Assembly (NCBI GenBank): GCA_004431415.1
Contig: QPMI01000523.1
Span: 69,098 to 133,097 of the forward strand
Length of the DNA stretch: 64,000 nucleotides
Origin: Cyanophora paradoxa CCMP329
Lineage: Eukaryota; Plantae; Glaucophyta
Reading direction: 5' to 3'
The translations under genes and the position numbers were made by a program. Below, piece by piece: positions 45,839 to 59,057 of the stretch. How positions within the stretch are numbered: the stretch's first letter is position 1; each line of letters begins with the position of its first letter. The notes beneath the pieces were generated by a model that was not told where the DNA came from, made no database searches, and was given only the letters and a program-made list of their open reading frames with translations.

Positions 45839-46084
45839 AAAGAGAGAAGAGCCGTACGGTTATACCAGTATCTCTGGCGCACCGGAGTGCATGTAACCCG
45901 CAAATTCGATGGTGTTATGCCTGTATTGTGTTCTCAAGTACACAACGGCGAGCTCGCTGAGTGCATGAGACGAATGTTTGAGAGCAATTGCGCCTTTTTG
46001 TACGAAATCGTCATCATGATCACTCGACAACCGACTGTGCTCGACACGAGTGACAGTGGGCAACTAGTGTATTAAATAGAGAGA

Positions 46085-46696
46085 TCATTCATCGTCAGAT
46101 GAGGCCTCCAGAATTTCCTGGATCCGCTCGAGTTTATCGATGGCCCGATTGCCTTTCGATACATAACCCTCGTGAGGTCCGTGAGAGCGCACGAGATCCT
46201 CCAATTCGTACACACGGGTTTGAAGATTTTTCACCCAGGTCCACGCCTGCTCCAGCTTGAGTTTCACCGGGCATGACTGACCGCACATGCTAGACATTTG
46301 CTGGTTGGCGCAGCACCAGACAAGGCGCTCTCCGCAAAGAGCCTCCGCACAGGCAATAGCGGCAAGCAAAACGGCCTGCGGTGACGTAGCAGCTAAGGCT
46401 TGCTGAAAGTGGGCTTTGGCCGCTGCTTTTTTAGCTACGGCTGTGCGCTTCGACGGATGGATTTCGCCGGGAGACAGCTGTGGTAACTCACGCTCAAAGT
46501 TATACCGTCGATTATGCGCATTGAACCAGTCCGTCGGCGGGACTGGACTGCTCTTTTTACACGGCTGTTTCCTGCGTCGGTGGTGGCTGACCCCTGGTTG
46601 CCCGACGGGGAGCAGGTCGGCTGCTGTCGCGGTAGAAGGGCTTTCAGCAGAGTTGCTAATCGACGCCGTCGGCTCAGACTTCTGGCGTTTCGACAT
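46085..46696 (-). CDS. Orphan protein, paralogue B (likely start MSKRQK at 46696)
   Basis: DWFNAHNRRYNFERELP...ALCGERLVWC...CGQSCPV...ELEDLVRSH. Confidence 0.7.
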   Translation of the reverse strand: MSKRQKSEPTASISNSAESPSTATAADLLPVGQPGVSHHRRRKQPCKKSSPVPPTDWFNAHNRRYNFERELPQLSPGEIHPSKRTAVAKKAAAKAHFQQALAATSPQAVLLAAIACAEALCGERLVWCCANQQMSSMCGQSCPVKLKLEQAWTWVKNLQTRVYELEDLVRSHGPHEGYVSKGNRAIDKLERIQEILEASSDDE

Positions 46697-46896
46697 TAGG
46701 TAACTGCCGATCGAATTAGGGGTACGTGCTACAAGCGTTCGAACCTGCGTTACTGCACGCGAGCTTACAGTAGCCGACACGGACACGTTGACGGCAGCCA
46801 GGGTGCAATTGGCGTTTCGACAAGCGATGGGGGACGCAGCAGCACAGACAGGGTTGCTTTCCAAACGTAGGCGGATGAGAAACGCGTGCCCGCACA

Positions 46897-48264
46897 GTGC
46901 CCCTAAAGCGTCGCCTGATTGAATACGCAGGCCCGCGGCTTGAAGAGGTGGGACATGAGCCATTGTCGTACTCTTCGAGTGCGATGGTACCTGTGCAGGA
47001 CACCCGCTATTCGGATCCGGACGTCAACTACGAGATAACAATCGGAGAGGAGCGTGCAGGGCGCAGGGACGTCGGCACATTAACGGAGTTTCCGCGTCCT
47101 TATGGGTATTATAAGCGTCATCCGCAAGCAGACATCGATGAGTACGTGCTGTGGTCGTTCATGTCAACCGAGGCATGATCTGAGACCGACGCGATGAAGA
47201 CGTCGACGTCCCAGTATACGTGTGCATATACATGCACCTCATTCTGGACAGAAGGTTGCCGCGAGTGACGTGTGTCAAGGCATGATGTGTAATTAAGTCG
47301 CAGCGTGCGCAGCTTCGGGTGCAGTTTAGACCAACGTCATGTTTTCACGACAACTTCAAGTATTTCTGCCAGACCTTCAACCTATCCAAAGGCGCTTTCG
47401 TGGTTGGAGGGAAACAATTGCAAGTACGGCCTGTCGACTGTCCCGAGTCCGTAGGGATAGAGGACGGCGACTTCATAACCTACGTTATGGATGGCAAAGG
47501 GGAGAAGCTGAAGCGGTGCGCGTGGTACATATGCATATAGGATGGGAACTCATGGATTCACGGAACAATTCACAGGGAGGAGGAGTTTGAGGCGTACGTT
47601 GAATGAAAGGACATCAGAAATTCGCGGGTCTGATTATCTCCACTTGAGCAGAGTGGACGAGGAGACTGCTATGGAGGTATGGATGACGGGCAGCGAGGGA
47701 GAGCGTACCATGCAGATGGTGGAACACCACGCAGAAATATTTTAGATCTGCGATCAAACAATGGCGGTACCGATGTTTGTGTGTGAATCGCAGGGACGAA
47801 AGGTGAACCGATCGACCGGAATGTACTGGTTGCCACCGAGACGAAGGTTGAGTTGATGCTCGGGGGGAATGAAGAGATGCAAGCTCACGATCGTGCCCGT
47901 ACCGCAGGGTGTGTCTGCAAATGACTGTGATGGCGACGCATGATAGAACTTTACATGACACATGTGATGTGCACAAGGTGACGATTCGATGAACGATAAA
48001 CTGCGCACGAAGGCGAACCAGTAACACGCTGGTTCGCAGTGTGTCGTTTCCGCAAGGACCTACGAACACCTTTCAGAGACGATGCGGCGCTTCACGGATA
48101 AAGTTATTATGCCCCACAGGCACGTATTCGCAGGGTATGACGCAGTTGAATTCGAGTACCAAGGGAGGCCGCTTCTGAAAGGGGATACTCCGGAAAAACT
48201 AGAGATGAAACATGACGACGAAATTAAGTGCGTGAGCACTTACATGATGGCATGCGTTACATGA
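46897..48264 (+). CDS. Multi-exon protein with at least two SUMO/ubiquitin-like domains; boundaries approximate
   Basis: FVVGGKQLQ..DCPESVGIEDGDFI and FEYQGRPLLKGDTPEKLEMKHDDEIKCV match the SUMO-like pattern F.f.G..l...TP..L.Me..D.I. Confidence 0.6.
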
Positions 48265-48617
48265 CGGTCGTGCACCAGGGTTATACCCACCTTATGGGGA
48301 CAGCACATCGACTGCAGTCGAGCGCGCATTTCATATGTACAAGACCTGGTTTGCAGCTGCCTCCGACTTCAGCTACATTCATCCGACGCGCCGTCCGACT
48401 CCAAATAGGGGCGTACACCAGAACGCATTGTAATGCAATCATGATGTACTTCAGGACTCTAGCGGCACACTGAAAGGGGCCCGAGGGAGGGACGAATACT
48501 GATGATTTGCAGTACTCAAGCAGGCATCTCAGAAGACAAGAGCTACGGCCGCGTACAGGCGACCCGACGCGCGGAGCCTTTGCGGCAGGGCCGGGGCGGA
48601 CGCCGGGGTGCAGCGGT

Positions 48618-48773
48618 GTGAGCTTGCTGATTACAGAATGTGAATTGACACATGGCGATGAAGTGCACTAGCAGTCCCACGTATTCTATCCGCTCGATCG
48701 TTCATAGCTATCCGGGCTGCACCTAGGCACCATATGTAACTGATGACGGGCGCTCGGTTGAAGCATCTTAATG
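48618..48773 (+). repeat. Diverged direct repeat, copy 2
   Basis: See copy 1 at 41824-41984. Confidence 0.85.
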
Positions 48774-51700
48774 AGGTGCGGGCAAGGCGGGGCGGGGCTG
48801 GATGTGGCAGAGAAGGGCGGGGCGGGGTGATGCACTGATGGGTGGGGCGGGCCGAGCCCTGCTTGGAGATTCTAATCTAGTCGGGTATATTGTCGGAAGG
48901 GCATGGCTGCCATCTTCCTGTGTTGTCTATTTCGACAGCGAGATCTGCAGGCGTTGTCTGGAATGAGGGTGTCAATAATTACGAGATGTAAAGGTAAATC
49001 GGGCACAGACCCCATCAAGGATGGACTTGAAGAACTCGTCAATGATGAGATCGTGGAGACCTGCTTGTCTTTGGCAGAATTGGAATGGGCATTCCCTATG
49101 GAAAGGAATTCATTGTGATCGTGATCATGAGTGCAGGACGAATAGCTGACCAATCTTCATTATGAAGGGAGAATATCAAGTGCTCGTTGAAATCGAAACA
49201 CTGCGTCGGGATAAGAATAATGTGGAATTTATGATGGGAATGCGACCACGTACGTGCGGGTGAACGCAGTACACGGATTGAACTGGCACTCTGATACGTT
49301 CTGATGTGTAGGGACAGGACAGATGCAGGCGGAATTTCGTATCGAGTGCCCAAGCGATAGCTGGCAGGCGTCTGGTGGTGAGACGTGAAGAAGTAGAGGT
49401 TGAAAATTTACGTAAGGGAAATACCAAATTCACGTCCGGCTTGCCATGGCCTGAAGATGTGGATAGGCTCGATCTGCAGAAATCGTTGCAGAACCGTTCC
49501 ATCTTCAACGATTATGATGCGATCAACAGGCGGTGTGTTTCTCAGAAGAGTAGTGACGTCGGAGAAGTGACTATAGTCACGGATCGGTCCTCTATAGTCA
49601 TGTGGCTGCTCGATCCTCTGCATCGTTCCTCTGAACATCCCAGGTGAGATCCCATGGCACGCTTTTGTTTTCGCCATGATCAAGTAATCGGAACCTGTTG
49701 AAATATATAAGTTAAAAGTCGTCTTTATTTAGACGGCAGTCGAGGATCGGGCATGAGCATGCTTACTTCGAGCCGGGTATCAGCCGCCCTGCGAATGAGC
49801 GCGCTTCGAATGTACGCCGAGCAGCGGTTGCAGCGCTTGTGTTCGCCTTGCTGGCGCTGGCGTTGGCGAAGGAGCGCGCCGTGCACGGTACGCGTTGCTT
49901 CGCGCTTAGCGGTGGGTTGGCCTAGCTGGAGATTGCGCTGGCTAATGAGCGCGCTATGAACGATGCGACGACCTGCGCGTGTAGCGCACGGGGTGTCGTT
50001 CACGGCGCCGGAATGCATGCTGTACCCCTAATTGCCGGACTTGACTCTTGCAGAGACGCCTAGGCATGTCGTTGACGAATACTTCGCGTCCCATACTCGA
50101 TTCCGGTTCCAAGAAGCGATCGAGAGGTATGTTCTCCGTGTGCTTGCTCCGTTCGCTGCTGATGCGAGTGCATGCTGCGATTTGCGCCATCGCAGATACG
50201 TCGCCCACATCCGATATAGTGCTAGCTGCTTCTTACGCGAGACCGAATCTCGATTTAGCTTCTTACCGCGACATTTCTGAATCAGTGAGAGTCAGCGGCC
50301 GCGGTTCCATCACCGTACTGGAGGCCATGAGCCACATGACCCCCGACGTTTTTATAATCAAGAATCCCTGCACAGGCGCCATCGTAGCAGTACCACCTGG
50401 GCCTGCAGCTCTGCGCGTGAGTAACAACGAGTATACTTCTGCGTACGATGTGATTGCGTCCGTTCAGCTTACGGACTGTAATGGAGGTACCTGTACGCAT
50501 GTAATCTTGGATGATGATCAACTATTAACCCCATCTTCACCTCAGAGTACGACTTGATGATAAAGGCCTTCGATTGTGCTGGCAGTTGGGACCCCGATCG
50601 CCGGTGGGCCGAAATCTACATGAAGTGGAATGGAACGGTCGTCAAGCACGTCGTAAATCGACCTGATGTGGATCCAGATGGATGGCCGCTGCATGATGAT
50701 ATGTACCACGGAATGTACGACGATGTCGGTCAGAATTAGGGCAAGGACGCGCGCCGTACTACATATACGTGTTATGGCAGTCAGTTCACAGTTTCGTATC
50801 GATTACTGTTTCCTATCTCTGACACCTTCTATTCTGCGCTCTACTACTTAGTTTTGTCTGTATTTATTGAATGCGCACATTGGCACTTGCTACCCTCAGC
50901 TTGCTTCACTTGACTTCTATTCCAATATCATCCACTCATACTACCTCGATCCCTCCTCACATGTACATGTTTCGTACTATGCTAGCTGACTAGGCCTGGA
51001 CTACAGTATAGTAAGCTTAAGCCGCCGGAAGAGAACTCTGCCGGGTCCGATCCCTTGCTGCAACAGAGGCGTCGAATGCAGAGCTTACCACACCGCGGCC
51101 GCACCCGTGAAGATGCGCACATGAAGAATATGGGTCCGATCACCACCGCAAGGAGGTTTAGAGATCACATGCTGTAGTTACTTGGGGTTGGGGGGAGTGA
51201 AAGAACTGTAGTAGCAGGGGTCGCAGGAGTTCGGCAGGAATAGTGTACGTAGCGACGTACTCTGTTGGGGTCCGATTCCCTTGCTGCCACCGAGGCGTCG
51301 AATGCAGCGTTGAAGGCATCGTAAATCTCTTGTGTGAGAAGCGGCAGACCGTTGTGTGTGAGCTGCCGCCTAGCGAAGAACTTGATGAGGTCACGTCGGA
51401 GCCTCTCGTACCAGGCGTAAACTCTGCCGCATGTGTAACCGCCAGCAGCGTACACATGCACGTTCGCAAATTTCTTCATGAACTGGCCGCAAACACAGTA
51501 TTAACTTTTCGGGTGAACTCGACACCAGCCGCGATGATCGTATAAAATAGAAACGCACGGGGTGCACTCCTGAGGGAAGCAGACCGGTGTCCCCTTCGCA
51601 ACCAATCCAATCCAGGTGACGCGCCCTCAGATTCCTGCGCACAACATTTGAGTGTCATCAAAGTAGTTGCAGGACGCCAGCTGCGGAGGCAGGAGGCATT

Positions 51701-54029
51701 ATGCACTCGAGTTCGGATCTTGATCGCGGGTTAACGTCTTCGATGCCTGAAAGCGATGACGCAAGAACGCGATCGCGGAGGCCAGCAGTAGTATTTATTG
51801 TATGCGAGAGAGTACGTACTCCAGCTCCCGTGTCTTGCACGTATTTCAAAATCCGGGGCACGGAGTAATACGGATGATGCGTGGTTAATACGTGACCATT
51901 TTCAACGTAGTAGAATGGGTGCAGGAGGCCCAGGTAATCCACGTTGATGGAATTGTGTGCGTGATGAGGGTCATACACGCTGCAAACGTTGCGACCGGGT
52001 GGCTAAGGTCGTCTCCTGGCACGTAGATTGCACATGCAGCGAGGTCGTACGATGATACTATACGCTCAATAGTATTCGAACCCATGACACTGATCTGAGC
52101 AACAAGATTTGAAAATCAAAATGAGACCGTTCAGAATATTCTGCATGTAACAGGCACCTGCAGAGGTAGGACCCCTGGGGCCATGATCTGGACGCCGTAG
52201 CAAAAGGTGCACAGAAGACATCCACGGTTTTATTCTTTGGTAGGTAAGGCGCGACTCGTTCTGCGGAGGCGCGGGCTGCAGCTTGGTAGAAGGCGGTGAC
52301 AACGCGAGTGAATTCTGCAACGGTCGAGGCTTTTACGTAGATGTCGATATCGTTCCTGCAGGCTACTATCAGGACGAACGGTTCGCGCTCACGTTTTCGC
52401 GCATGCATGCGTACAGTGCCATTCGGTAGGCTATCGGCGGGCACGTGATGGCTTTGAAGGGAGGCCACCTGTGCGTGTAGAGAGGATGCGTATGTATGTA
52501 TACGTAGGCATGGAACGATGAGCGAAGGACGGACCTGATATGAACACGCAGCTTGGTATGTCAGAAGGAAGGTACGAAATTAAGCGTGGTCGCGGAGACG
52601 CTCCCGAAAGCCGCAGGTGTGCATAAAAGCCGTCCATCACAGGCAAACCTGGTCCAATGATCCCATGATCCCGGCAGCCATCGTCAATGGCCCTTCCGAG
52701 CATATCACCGCTCTGTAAAAACTGGGAGTAGGAGCACGCATGACATTAGCTATAGTACCATGTGTTTACCGGATGCGCAAGCAAAGTATAGAACATGCGT
52801 GTGTGCGAACCTCGGTGGCGCGATACATAGATCGGTGGTGGTGGGCTTGTACAAGGCACTCAGATTAAAGCGCGCCGCGAGATATGATGCTAGCTTTCGC
52901 CGAGGATGATTGATCGCGCCTGTGATATCGTACAAGTCGTACATGGCCGCCGAGGAACAGGATATACGGAGAGAGACTGCTGACAGCTATTCTCGGAAGT
53001 GTCGCTGACGGAGCGATAGCACAGGGGCAGATGCTCGCGTCGGGAAGGATACTGGGAAGGAAGAGACGACGGAATGGTTTTGGGTATTTGGGCTGTGACG
53101 CGGACGCCCTCATACGAGGGTACAGGCCCGAAGAGTAAAAGTGACCGTTGTACAAGCACTAGGAGAGATCACTGAGGCCAAACAATAGCGGCGCGTTATG
53201 CAGAGCGGAGAAGTGCCGAGAGCGAACGAGGAAGAGACGGCTTCGACCCCCATAGGAACACACACGTCGGCAGAGTCAGCAACAAGCGCACGTAAGGCAG
53301 TTCAAGAAGCGGCTGATGATACGCAAACGGACAAGCGGCCAGAACCAGAGGTGCGTGTGCATTTGCTGGCGGATTGAAGAGATCGCCCAACGAGTACGCC
53401 CATGCGCGCATCGGGCTGCGCAGGGAGACCGGAGAGATGATGATAGCGATTGCCCGTCGTGCCACTGGCGGAAATCTGGCAGAGTGCGGAGGTGCAGATC
53501 TGGCGTTGTGTAAAACCTCTGCATCTGAAAACGACTGACCGGCTGCTATTGTTGCGGCGTTGTAAATTGCAGGCAAGGCATGTAAGATGGCGGATGGCGA
53601 GGTGCAAGGCAGCGACAGCGACAGCACCAGTGACGACTCAAGTAAGTGAATCGAGAATTTCATGCCCGCATGAATTGCTATCAGATTGATGGCTTGCATT
53701 TCCGTATTGATTGCAGTACTGACGACCCCGATATTCCCAATTCTTCCTATTTCGGACGGGACTCTATAAGAATGAACGGCCTCCTGACGAGGCTGCAGAA
53801 GTATCGATCGAAATGGTAATTTTGACGGAGGCAATTGATGAATTGGCATCCAAGCGACCAGGAAATAGTTGCTCTGACATGAGAAAGAGCTCTGTGCACG
53901 CATGGTGTTCATGCAGTTTTTTAAGATCGAGCATCAAGCATCTTGAGACGGCAATCCAGTTATTTCCGAGTCAAGAACAGGCATAGGCCTGCCGACTCTC
54001 GATGTGTATCCGAATATCAATCATAGTGT

Positions 54030-56483
54030 ATGAAGTATAGAATTACAGGCTACATAGGGGGAGCGGCACGGGTCCAGAGGGCGGTGTTCATAGGTGAGAG
54101 GACGTTGGAGGGCAGATGCATAGCTATAGGGCGAGGGGCAACGGCTTCAGTGACGACGCGTAGCCGGTGCAAATGTTCCGAATCGGAGTCCGGGTCGGCG
54201 ATCTTGAGGCCGCCGAGAGCGGTCTCTAAATCCTATGCTCACAGACCGAGTCACGGGCGAAGGCTTCCCTATAGCACTGGAGGGTGCGGGGTGCACCTGC
54301 CGCAACTTGCATGCCTGATCATTGGAGAGGTCATCGTCGGCGGCTCGCACACGCAATGCGGCCCGGAGGCGGCAAAGGCGAGAGCGGAAGGAAGCAAGGA
54401 CGTCGGGCTCCAGAGGTACCGGTAGCTTCATTTCGACCAAGTGAAGCTCGCGCAGACTGGTCATGTACTGCGCAATGAGCTGCGGGCGAGTCAGCAGAGA
54501 GGCGGGTCGGAAGCTAAAGGTTTAGAAACAAGGCACTGGCTGCTACACCTTCATAATTGCGTCCACGACGAAGGGGGCGTTTCCAAACCAAATCCCGCGC
54601 CTCCATCCCAGCCGTGCAGATGAAGGGTGTGGACCTTGTTCAGGGCGTTCCAGGCACTGGTTTGATCTGGAGCAAATGCTGACCGCACTCTCCAAGTACT
54701 GCAAACGAGCGGGGAGCGGGAGCGGGGATTGGAATGGATTGAATGCAGGGGTTGTGGCGCGGACTCACTCGCAATTCTGTGCAGCGCTCGATCACGCTCT
54801 CCATGGCGCCACCTTGGTTCTCATCTCCACGCTGACCGAAGTCGAGAGCGTGGAGGCGGGGCGCCAGGGGACAAGTGGCCATGGCAAAGTGTCCTCATCC
54901 ACCTCATCGAGTACAAGCGATTGGAGCTGTGTGAGCGCGGGATGACGTTGAGGGCTCTTTGTATGCTATCGACCTCATTGGAACCGGCAACGCCGAGCTG
55001 CAGCGCTGAGTGCGCGAAGGCGCTGTCAGCAGGGGTAGCAAGCGAGCTGGAGAGAGCACCCGGACATGCGCACACTTGAGGGCAGTAATTCGGCCTAGTG
55101 GGGCAAAGTCGGCGATGTTGCGAGTTCGCAAAGCGAGGTGCTCGAGGGTCAGTAACTGTACGAGCGGCTCGAGGAGACCTGGAGAAGCGTGACCTCCTCT
55201 TCACCGTTGTCTTCATCATCTGGGTCCGCTCCGATAGAAAACACAAGGGAGAGTGCTGCGGCATCGTGCGGGTGCGAACATTAAAATGGTGATGATGGGT
55301 GCGGGGGCGCGTAGAAATACTAGGCAATGGAGTGGTGGCAGGCTGTGTTGTGCACGCAAGCGGAGGGAGGGGGGGACGGGGTCGAAGGGGGAAGTGGGGA
55401 GGAACTTACATTTTAGGGGAAGGCTGACGAGAGGGCGGAGGGCGTCAGGGGCAAAGTACGTTGTCTCCGGATACAAGTTTCCGAATATGAATTGAAGATG
55501 CAGCTTATGGAGGTACTTCAAGGGCCCTTTCGCCAGGAGGTCAAATGCATTGAATACGACGATTGGGAGCAGGCCGCCGCTAGAGGATGGCTCCGACAGG
55601 ATGCTCGCCCGTAACTCTGTGAGAGCAGGGCCCTTGGTTGCCAGGTATTCGAACGCAGGCTGGCTTAGCGATATCTGATCGCGCTCCAAACCGTAGCGCG
55701 CATCTAGATCGAGACAGGTGAGGTTGACGAACGATGGATCGCTGAGGCACGCGACGTTCTCCGGCTTGAAGACGTAGGTAAAGCCATTCATCCCATCCAA
55801 GGCAAGTCGGATGGCGCGCAGAGAAGTCGGAGAGAAGCGGACGAACGGAGTCAAAACGCAAGTTTGGACTGGATTATCAAGGACGACTTCTGTGGGCCGC
55901 GGGTATGGCCGCTGGAATCTGGGAGGACGGTCCTGCGATGCAACGGCGTGTTGGATTCATGGGATGCTCGACCTCGCAGGGACGCACTAGCAGTAAGATT
56001 TCCATGTGGACATCCTCAATTCCCGGCACCGCCGCTGCCGCGCGAATGCACGCATTGGCGAGGTCATCCAGACGATGTTCCGCCTTTCCGAGGCGGCTTT
56101 CCACGGTCTGCAGACTGAAGAATGCCCGCGGCGCCCGCAGTAGGGTTCTGAACCGACGACAAACTTGCCCGAGCGGGACGAGCACGTGCATGTCAACGCG
56201 GTCGATGCGCTTTGATTCCAACGGATGCTCCGGCATAGATAAAAGTGATTCGGCGTACGAGCAACAGCCGCCGGGCAACACCGTCCCGACCACGAGCTGG
56301 CTTGCAAGCGCAATTATCTTGGCGAGTAACTCGTCCGGCAGACATAAGATGTTGACCTGCGGTTGCCATCTCCCATGAACAGATTATGACAGGGCATGTG
56401 ATCACAAGCTATAGCGGCACGCGTACGCACGACATTTACATTCAGGTGGGAACTATGCGCAACACGTCGTCGCCTCTTTCCCA
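54030..56483 (-). CDS. F-box/LRR-like protein, multi-exon; boundaries approximate
   Basis: LLSMPEHPLE...LVPLGQVCRRFRTLL (F-box-like). LRR-like segments FVNLTCLDL, PALTELR, LKYLHKLHL, MTSLRELHL. Confidence 0.5.
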
Positions 56484-56645
56484 TCTGCTGGAAGCTGAGC
56501 ACTTCGAGCCCGTTCGGGGAGACTTTAATTTTTTTGGAGGGGGGCGTACGTGAACTGAGAGTGTTGGTGAACGATCGGGAAAGTAGAGTTAGTTCTGAAT
56601 TTGAAATTTTCGTCGTCCCGTCATTCGAGCTTCTGTCGACGTGCA

Positions 56646-59057
56646 ATGGCTCGCCTTCCGAAGGCTGCTGCTGCTGCCGCCTCAGCTGCAGCGGAGAAGA
56701 CGGACAGCGTGCTCGAGAAGAAGAAGTCTGCCGTAGGCGCGTCACCGTCGAAGCCTGAGATCGGCGAGTCAGCCGGCAAGTCACAACTCCCTGACATCGA
56801 CCCCGAGCTCGAGTCGGAGTCACCGCCGGTGCCCAGCAAGCCGGTGGGCGGCACGGCGCAGGTTGCGCTGACGGGGTGCGTCTGCATTTAATCGCTCGCC
56901 GAGGCGACATGATCCGGAATTTAGCTGACGGTCAATGCATAAACAGGATGAACGCTGGCGCTCCATCGGAAGGAGCAGCCGCAGCTGCTGCTCCGGAGGC
57001 GGGGCCGTCACGCACTTCGAATGGCGGCTTGTACACTGCTGACGTTGACAAAGTGTACGCAGTCCAAGATTGCGCAAACATTGTTTAAAAAATGTTACGC
57101 TGAATTCCGACGCCGCGTAGGTCCGGAGCTCTCACGGCAAATGGCGCGCCTAAGGAAAATGTGATGCTGTCGTACGTGGTCCACCCCTCATTAGGCCCCA
57201 TCCGTGATAATCGTCGGAAAATCTGATATCTTGCAGGCCCGTCAAGAAGATGATCGTGAATGTGGGGCGCACGTTCACGGAAATGAAGGAGGGGAGAGAC
57301 TTTAATGGCGTCGTGCGGATCGCGAACATGCACACCATCACTGGAAAGACTGGAGGCGATACCATCCGTGCTACACTGGAAGATGAGGTGCGCAATGACG
57401 TTAAGCCGAACGGGGCAGGGACTTTGCCGTCGGAGCTTACGCAAGGCAGCTTGGGGACAAAGTGCCGCTCCGTATATTCACCGGAGCCATGGTAAAAAAT
57501 TCGAAGGGAGATACTCTCATCGATCAAGTGAACAAAATAACCGAACAACTGAACATGAGCTGCAACACGGACGAAATGGTGAGTTGCACTTTACGTGTTA
57601 CTCTAACGGGATATATCAGGATACTGACAAAGATCACATGAAACAGTACCTGATAATGCAAGCCTCCAAAAATGCTCGGCATCTGGTGAAGGGGACTGCG
57701 ACTGAAAAGATGGCTTGGCCATTGACGCGAGACCGCAATCTGGCCAAGGAGATCCAGATCAACTCTGGTAATGCAGGTCTAATCATATTCGAATCAGTGC
57801 ATGAGGAGGTCGGTCACTCTTGATTTTATTGTTTGTTCGATACCATATACGCACGCCGTGACCAATTCCCGTGCGCTAGGACTCACGTCTCAGCGGGCTT
57901 CCCCATAAAATTATGAACATGGATCGCACGTCATTCGTCATGATGCGTTACGACATCGTGTCCGATTTCAAGGCCGCCGCAGTGGACTACATGAATGTCA
58001 ACAAACAGTGCGACTCAAACAGGTTCAGCGAATGTGCGTCAAATGTAATCTGAAGAAAATGGATAAGATTCCATAGTCGTCATATTGCGCCTTATCTTTA
58101 TAGCAGACAATGTTCATTGCGTTATCAAGGAGGAAGAGGACGGATACGTGTGCATGGATAAGCTTGGATTTAAGGTGTCAGCTCGTTTCGGAGTGAACGC
58201 GAAGGTTGATACGCTTGGTGTGCTGTTCGACAACTACAGCAACGATGGGGTTGCAGACATCATCGTTTCGTTCGCGGAGGTGCGGCAGCTATAACATGGA
58301 TTTTTACAGAAAGGAATCAGGATTAACTCGTACGACGTGCGTGCAGTTCAAATTCGAGAGACCCTCCGGCACGCCGACCGAACTGTGGTTTGGCTACTTC
58401 TCCGATGTGATGGGGCTTGCGGAATACGAGGAGAAAAAGAAGACCCTGCCGGCAGGGTTTGCCACCAAGTCAATCAAAATTCCGGATGTGAATGCTCGCT
58501 TGCATGCATCTGTACCGTTCGGAAATGCGTCCAACCGACTTGGTGCGAGAGTCCTGCCAATCTGGTTATAGACTGTATACTCATTTCGTACAGCACTTTT
58601 CGCCGGTACCGGTGGTAGTGCCCCGACAGGGAGCGTCCCTCTTCTTGCGGCTGCTGGACAAATGTCTGCACCGATGGGAAGTCCTGTCAAGGTCGGGAAT
58701 GGGAGCTCAGGAACGGGAGCGAATGGGAGCTCAAGCTCGCCGATGGCAGTTTCAGCAATGCACATGCCAATGCAGTCGTGCATGAGCTTGAAGGAAAATC
58801 CGTTCGCGGTCACTCGCGAACGCACCGGAAGTGAGGCATCTTTCCCAACCGGACTGGTTGAGCGCGAGGTACAGACCTACGCAATCATGCGCAGCTCATA
58901 CGTCACGTTACAGCTAAGCCTATCGATGGCGCAGGCAACCATCGCAAAGCGTAAGAAGAGAGGGAACGACAGAGCCAAGACTTCGAAGAAACAGAAAAGC
59001 GAAGACGTGGAGGAGGAGGCGGAGGAGGACGATGACGAAGGCGAGGATGAGAATTAA
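56646..59057 (+). CDS. Unassigned multi-exon gene with acidic C-terminus
   Basis: Succession of coding-like segments bounded by GT..AG, ending EEEAEEDDDEGEDEN*; no family recognised. Confidence 0.4.

Noticed and set aside
48738-48775. Hammerhead ribozyme (CTGATGA core)
   Set aside because: No matching GAAA with proper stems, and the core is absent from the other repeat copy.
51650-53900. KDZ-type or other transposase (YDLAAC motif)
   Set aside because: A single weak motif; no convincing catalytic triad or termini recognised.
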